From Alkalispirochaeta sp. (GTDB lineage Bacteria > Spirochaetota > Spirochaetia > DSM-27196 > Alkalispirochaetaceae), in contig OZ271854.1 of assembly GCA_965601925.1 (NCBI GenBank), positions 1,952,001 through 2,016,000 on the forward strand: DNA of 64,000 bases, read 5' to 3'. Positions within the stretch are counted from its first letter, which is position 1; each line of letters starts with the position of its first letter. Positions 59,974 through 64,000 of the stretch are shown here, in pieces. The position numbers and the translations under genes are program-made. The notes beneath the pieces are model-generated. The model saw only the letters and a list, made by a program, of their open reading frames with translations. It was not told where the DNA came from and did not search any database.

Positions 59974-60880
59974 GATGTTTGTCGTCCCGCCCGGCCGACA
60001 GCGGAATGTTGCGGCCGGCACGATATTTCTTCACGAATCCCGACGGCCGATAGGTCATCTTGGATTGGCGTAGCCCTTCGTTCCCGAGGTCCTGTTCGCG
60101 GTTGATCCATCGATAATGGCGCGGCAGAATAGTGGCAAACGCTTTGTTGATAAACTGATAGATGCCGCGATAGTCACCGAGGGCCTTCTCGAAGTGGACG
60201 ACGAAGCTGCGCCCCTTCATAAGCGCCTCGCCCAACGTATACGCCGCGGGGCGTCCGTCGACATATACCATGTAGCCTTTGAGGCCCAGCTCATCGAAGT
60301 AGGCGAGTGCTTCGCGCGCCGCGTCGTAGTCCGCCCGATCTTCCTGCGTCTCTTGCCACTTATCTAACACGAGTACCGCGTCGTCGATATGCGCCTTCGT
60401 CAGTTTTCGTTCGTCGTATTCGTAGTTGTTGATGAAGGCGTTTACGTGATTGCGCTTCTTATGGAACTTACGCCCCGGGAGCTCCGCGAGATCTTCTTTC
60501 AGATACAGGTAGTCGAAGTTGTCGCGATCTTCATGCATTTCGAATCCCAGGCGTTCCAATCGAATCCGAGTCTCGTCGGCAATGCTCTCTCCCAATCCCT
60601 TGAGATAGTCGTATCGTTCGAAGAGGTGCTCGACCAACGCATCGTCTCCCGGAAAGCCGCATGGAAGCATGAAAAAATCCGATCCGTCCTTGCTCCCGGA
60701 AATGAGCAGACGTTCGTCCGGCAAGAGCGAGAGGTGATAATCGTAGGTTCTTCGAAAGAGATATAGTCCCGCGAACGTAAACTCCGACACACCGTCGGGT
60801 AACATGGACAGGCGCGGATGCAGCTCGTCGCGCATCGAAAACGATATCGGCGCCGTCTGTGGATATGTGGGGATCTCCAT
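59945..60880 (-). CDS. DUF2156 / aminoacyl-PG-synthase-like GNAT-fold protein
   Basis: SEFTFAGLY, RDNFDYLY, GRKFHKKRNH, HFEKA, INREQDLG.EGLRQSK.TYRP; start moved to ATG 60880. Confidence 0.88.
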   Translation of the reverse strand: MEIPTYPQTAPISFSMRDELHPRLSMLPDGVSEFTFAGLYLFRRTYDYHLSLLPDERLLISGSKDGSDFFMLPCGFPGDDALVEHLFERYDYLKGLGESIADETRIRLERLGFEMHEDRDNFDYLYLKEDLAELPGRKFHKKRNHVNAFINNYEYDERKLTKAHIDDAVLVLDKWQETQEDRADYDAAREALAYFDELGLKGYMVYVDGRPAAYTLGEALMKGRSFVVHFEKALGDYRGIYQFINKAFATILPRHYRWINREQDLGNEGLRQSKMTYRPSGFVKKYRAGRNIPLSAGRDDKHLEGSDQASA

Positions 60881-60886
60881 GCGCAC

Positions 60887-60929
60887 AATATACGTGAACT
60901 TGCGAGGTCGAAGCAAACGTGTCTATGAT
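60887..60929. promoter_or_regulatory. Overlapping divergent sigma70-type promoters, both leaderless
   Basis: Minus: TTGCTT-18-TATATT-6-ATG(60880). Plus: TTGCGA-18-TATGAT-7-ATG(60937). Confidence 0.65.
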
Positions 60930-60936
60930 GTTCGTC

Positions 60937-62232
60937 ATGGATATACTCACATACCGCGACCGGCTGACCGACGATGTCCAGACGCGGTTTCTCCGTTACG
61001 TGCGCGTCCATACAACCAGCGACCGCCACAACACGCAGACTCCCTCAACGGAGCGGCAGTTTGATCTTGCGCGACTCCTCGCCGACGAGTTGCGCTCATT
61101 CGGGATCCAAGACGTCGAAGTTACCGAGTATTGCTACGTTATTGCTCGTATCCCCGCCACCGACGGCGTAAGGAGCCCTTCGCTCGCCCTTCTGGCGCAC
61201 CTCGACACCGCTCCCGATACGAGCGGTGAGAACGTGAATCCCCGTGTGTGGGAATCGTACGACGGCGGCATTTTGGAAATCGGAAACGGGCTTCACCTTG
61301 ACCCCGCCGACTATCCCGATCTCGTCGACTTCGTAGGAGAGACGATCATTACTACCGACGGCACGACACTTCTTGGCGCCGACGACAAGGCCGGCGTCGC
61401 CGAGATTATGGCCGCGGCACGGTTTTTCACCGAGCACCCCGAGTATCCGCATCCGGAGATTGAAATCGTTTTTACGCCCGACGAGGAGATCGGTCGCGGC
61501 GTAAATCGACTGCCCGTGGAGACGTTGCACTCCCGTTTCGGGTACACCATGGACGGGGGCAAAGAGGGCAGTATCGAGGCGGAGTGTTTCAGCGCCTACG
61601 CCGCTCGTGTAGAGATCGAAGGGTACGTCATCCATCCGGGAAGCGCCCGCGGTAAAATGGTGAACGCGGTGACGCTCGCGGGACGGTTTCTAAGTATGCT
61701 CCCCCAAACCGAAAGTCCGGAAACGACCGACGGGCGCGATGGATTCTACTGTCCGGTAGAGGTCCGGGGACACTACGGGGCCGTTACGATCGATTTTATT
61801 ATTCGTGATTTTGAGCTGAGCGAGGTGAAACGGCGCATCGCTTATTTGGAGCATCTGGCGAAGACGGTCGAAGCCGCCTATCCGCGTTCCAAAATCACCG
61901 TCTCCGCCGAGAAACAGTATCTCAACATGCGCGACCATATCGATCGCCATCCGTTCATTCTGGATATTCTCCGCAAAGCGGTCGGAGCGGTCGGTCTCAC
62001 GCCGATAATGGAGCCGATTCGCGGTGGTACCGACGGCGCGCGGCTGACCGAGATGGGTCTGCCTACGCCGAATATCTTTGCCGGGGGACTCAACTTTCAC
62101 GGTCCGTACGAATGGATACCCGTGCGCTCGATGGTGCGCGCCACCGAGGTCATACTCCACCTTGCGCGTCTCTGGGCGACGGAGGTTCCCGACTCCACAC
62201 CGTTGCCCGAGCTCGACTTATCGGCGCGTTAG
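60937..62232 (+). CDS. pepT: Peptidase T (M20B tripeptidase)
   Basis: RFLRYV, AHLDTA, LLGADDKAG, FTPDEEIG, IRGGTDG, FHGPYEW. Confidence 0.95.
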   Translation: MDILTYRDRLTDDVQTRFLRYVRVHTTSDRHNTQTPSTERQFDLARLLADELRSFGIQDVEVTEYCYVIARIPATDGVRSPSLALLAHLDTAPDTSGENVNPRVWESYDGGILEIGNGLHLDPADYPDLVDFVGETIITTDGTTLLGADDKAGVAEIMAAARFFTEHPEYPHPEIEIVFTPDEEIGRGVNRLPVETLHSRFGYTMDGGKEGSIEAECFSAYAARVEIEGYVIHPGSARGKMVNAVTLAGRFLSMLPQTESPETTDGRDGFYCPVEVRGHYGAVTIDFIIRDFELSEVKRRIAYLEHLAKTVEAAYPRSKITVSAEKQYLNMRDHIDRHPFILDILRKAVGAVGLTPIMEPIRGGTDGARLTEMGLPTPNIFAGGLNFHGPYEWIPVRSMVRATEVILHLARLWATEVPDSTPLPELDLSAR

Positions 62233-62353
62233 GAGGCGTCTCGACGTCGGTCGGAGTGTCGAAGCGTTCCGCCGACGGAGCAACACGTCGTTACACGACG
62301 CGTTATGGAATCTGTACGGTGATTATACTCCGAATTTGTGATACATTACCCAT

Positions 62354-64000
62354 ATGGAGCGGGGCCGTGTCACGCTGCTGTGGGTCGGGGTAGCTACACT
62401 CGCCTTTATCCTTGTCTCCTGCGGCGACAACAATCAACTATTCTCCTCGCTTGACGAGTCGGAAGATCCGGTTCTCACCACGTTACCGTCCGGATCGGTC
62501 GTGCGTCCGGGTGAAACGATCTCCGTGAATATCGAATACCCAGATGCGGACTCATCCCGAGCTACGAGTATGCGCGTCGACGTCCTCGACATGGACGGCG
62601 CCGTCGTCGGATCGCTGGAGTTCGACGGCGACGATCTGGCGGAACCGCAGCTCCCGCCCATTCGGCTTCCCGGTCTTTCCGTCGGTCCTTATCGGTTACA
62701 CGTCGAGGCGTGGATACATGATGAACTTCTTTTCTCCGACGATCGCCGTTTTTTCGTGCTTGATACCACTCCGCACGTAGAAAGCCTCGCCGTCTATCCC
62801 TCCAGTTTGGGGCCCGATTCACAAGCGATCGCGATCGCCGAGGTAACGCTCCCCGACGGCACTCGACCGTATCTCCGATGGATTTTCGACGAACGGCCGA
62901 TTACCTCCGGGTATCTGGAGGACGGCGGCGATCGTGCCCTCATAGAGGACGCCGACCTCGCTGCGGGAGCATATCGCGTGGTCCTCGAAGTCTATCCATG
63001 GGGTCCCGAAGAGGGCGTTGTCGCGGACGGTGCCACCGACATCGTTGCAACCGGTGATGTCTTTATCCGTGAGTCTTTCCTGTCGCAGCATATCGGCGGC
63101 GATGAAGGTGAAACGCATCTCCTGTATTCCTTTGACGGAACACTCCGCGGTGTCTGGTTTGAGTCGGGACGCGAGCCGTTGATTGCCCAGACGACCGGTT
63201 CCGCCCGCCTTGACGTGATCGACGGCGCAATCGGGTATCGACTCGACGACGACGGGCGACTCGCAGTCGAGCTTCCCCTCGAGGCGGCCGGTAGGGTCGA
63301 GATGCGTCTACTCGTGTTTGATAAGGAGCACGACGAGGATGTCGCCGAGGAGGGCGTTGCGGGAGAGGTGTATCCTCTTATCCTCGGACGCGTCCCGGAC
63401 GGGATAGACCCTCTTTTTGAGGTTCGACGCGACGTATCGGACGGGATAACGTTTGCATCGCGGGGGGATCACTTCAGTGTGTTCCCGCCCGAGGAAGGTG
63501 CCCCGTCCCGTGCGATCGATATAACCTTCTTGTTCGAACGCGATGAGACGAGTACAACCGTCTCGGTGGTCGGCGACGACGAAATCGTCGGAGCCGTTAC
63601 GATTCCATCCGACCAATGGGCTGACGGGGAGCCGCTGATACTGGAGTACTCCGCCGCGGGAGGCGCCGTTCTCGTTGATACCGTCGCCGTAAAGGCCGAT
63701 GATCTCGAGACTGTGCGGCGACGTGCGCGGCAGCGCAGCGAAGAGCAGTTTCTCGCGATCGTCGGTGACGGCGTCGAACAATGGATCGTGAACGATCCGG
63801 ACGTATCGGACCCCGATCCTACGCTCCCAATACCGATCGGCGAGGAGCGACGGGTCGTTCTGCTTCTCCCCCCGGCGAGTACGGCCGTCCTGGAATCGGT
63901 CGGCCTGAGCCTCGCGGCGACTATCGATGAGTTGGTGCTATCGGAGGCCGACGGCCGAGTGGTGGCGCGTTATTCTGTGCCTGCGGCGGCTCGTGTCGGT
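62354..64000 (+). CDS. Large acidic lipoprotein, runs off window end (absent from ORF track)
   Basis: MERGRVTLLWVGVATLAFILVSC lipobox. About the first 220 codons were translated by hand with no stop; absence from the ORF track implies it stays open to the end. Beta-rich appearance. Confidence 0.8.
   Translation, partial: MERGRVTLLWVGVATLAFILVSCGDNNQLFSSLDESEDPVLTTLPSGSVVRPGETISVNIEYPDADSSRATSMRVDVLDMDGAVVGSLEFDGDDLAEPQLPPIRLPGLSVGPYRLHVEAWIHDELLFSDDRRFFVLDTTPHVESLAVYPSSLGPDSQAIAIAEVTLPDGTRPYLRWIFDERPITSGYLEDGGDRALIEDADLAAGAYRVVLEVYPWGPEEGVVADGATDIVATGDVFIRESFLSQHIGGDEGETHLLYSFDGTLRGVWFESGREPLIAQTTGSARLDVIDGAIGYRLDDDGRLAVELPLEAAGRVEMRLLVFDKEHDEDVAEEGVAGEVYPLILGRVPDGIDPLFEVRRDVSDGITFASRGDHFSVFPPEEGAPSRAIDITFLFERDETSTTVSVVGDDEIVGAVTIPSDQWADGEPLILEYSAAGGAVLVDTVAVKADDLETVRRRARQRSEEQFLAIVGDGVEQWIVNDPDVSDPDPTLPIPIGEERRVVLLLPPASTAVLESVGLSLAATIDELVLSEADGRVVARYSVPAAARVG

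Overview
High-GC bacterial chromosomal segment, very probably from a free-living spirochaete. This is inferred from a Treponema-like GroEL without adjacent groES, spirochaetal-type lipoboxes and a FapA/DUF342 gene. It is mostly housekeeping: fabH(partial)/fabD/fabG/fabF; rubredoxin and a TPR gene; a CPA2 cation:H+ antiporter coupled to a PTS-EIIA/PII-like fusion protein; an oxidative TCA cluster (fumC, two mdh paralogues, sdhAB with no membrane anchor, sucCD, sucAB-lpd, gltA); degP; argR-C-B-D-G; birA; groEL; yajC-secD-secF; glgX; thrS; an M32 carboxypeptidase; pgsA; glnA; an ACT-fused glnE; pepT; and a truncated lipoprotein. One lower-GC insert (~7.8-10.45 kb) carries a small membrane protein and a secreted trypsin-like protease, followed by an attC-like hairpin and bounded by a 10-bp direct repeat. 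The most notable signals are the antiporter/EIIA-PII module, the GlnD-type ACT-GlnE fusion, the divergent second MDH, a structured sdhA leader and about nine genes with leaderless promoter geometry. No rRNA, tRNA, CRISPR array, transposase or integrase was recognised. All calls come from reading the sequence by eye; no database searches were run.
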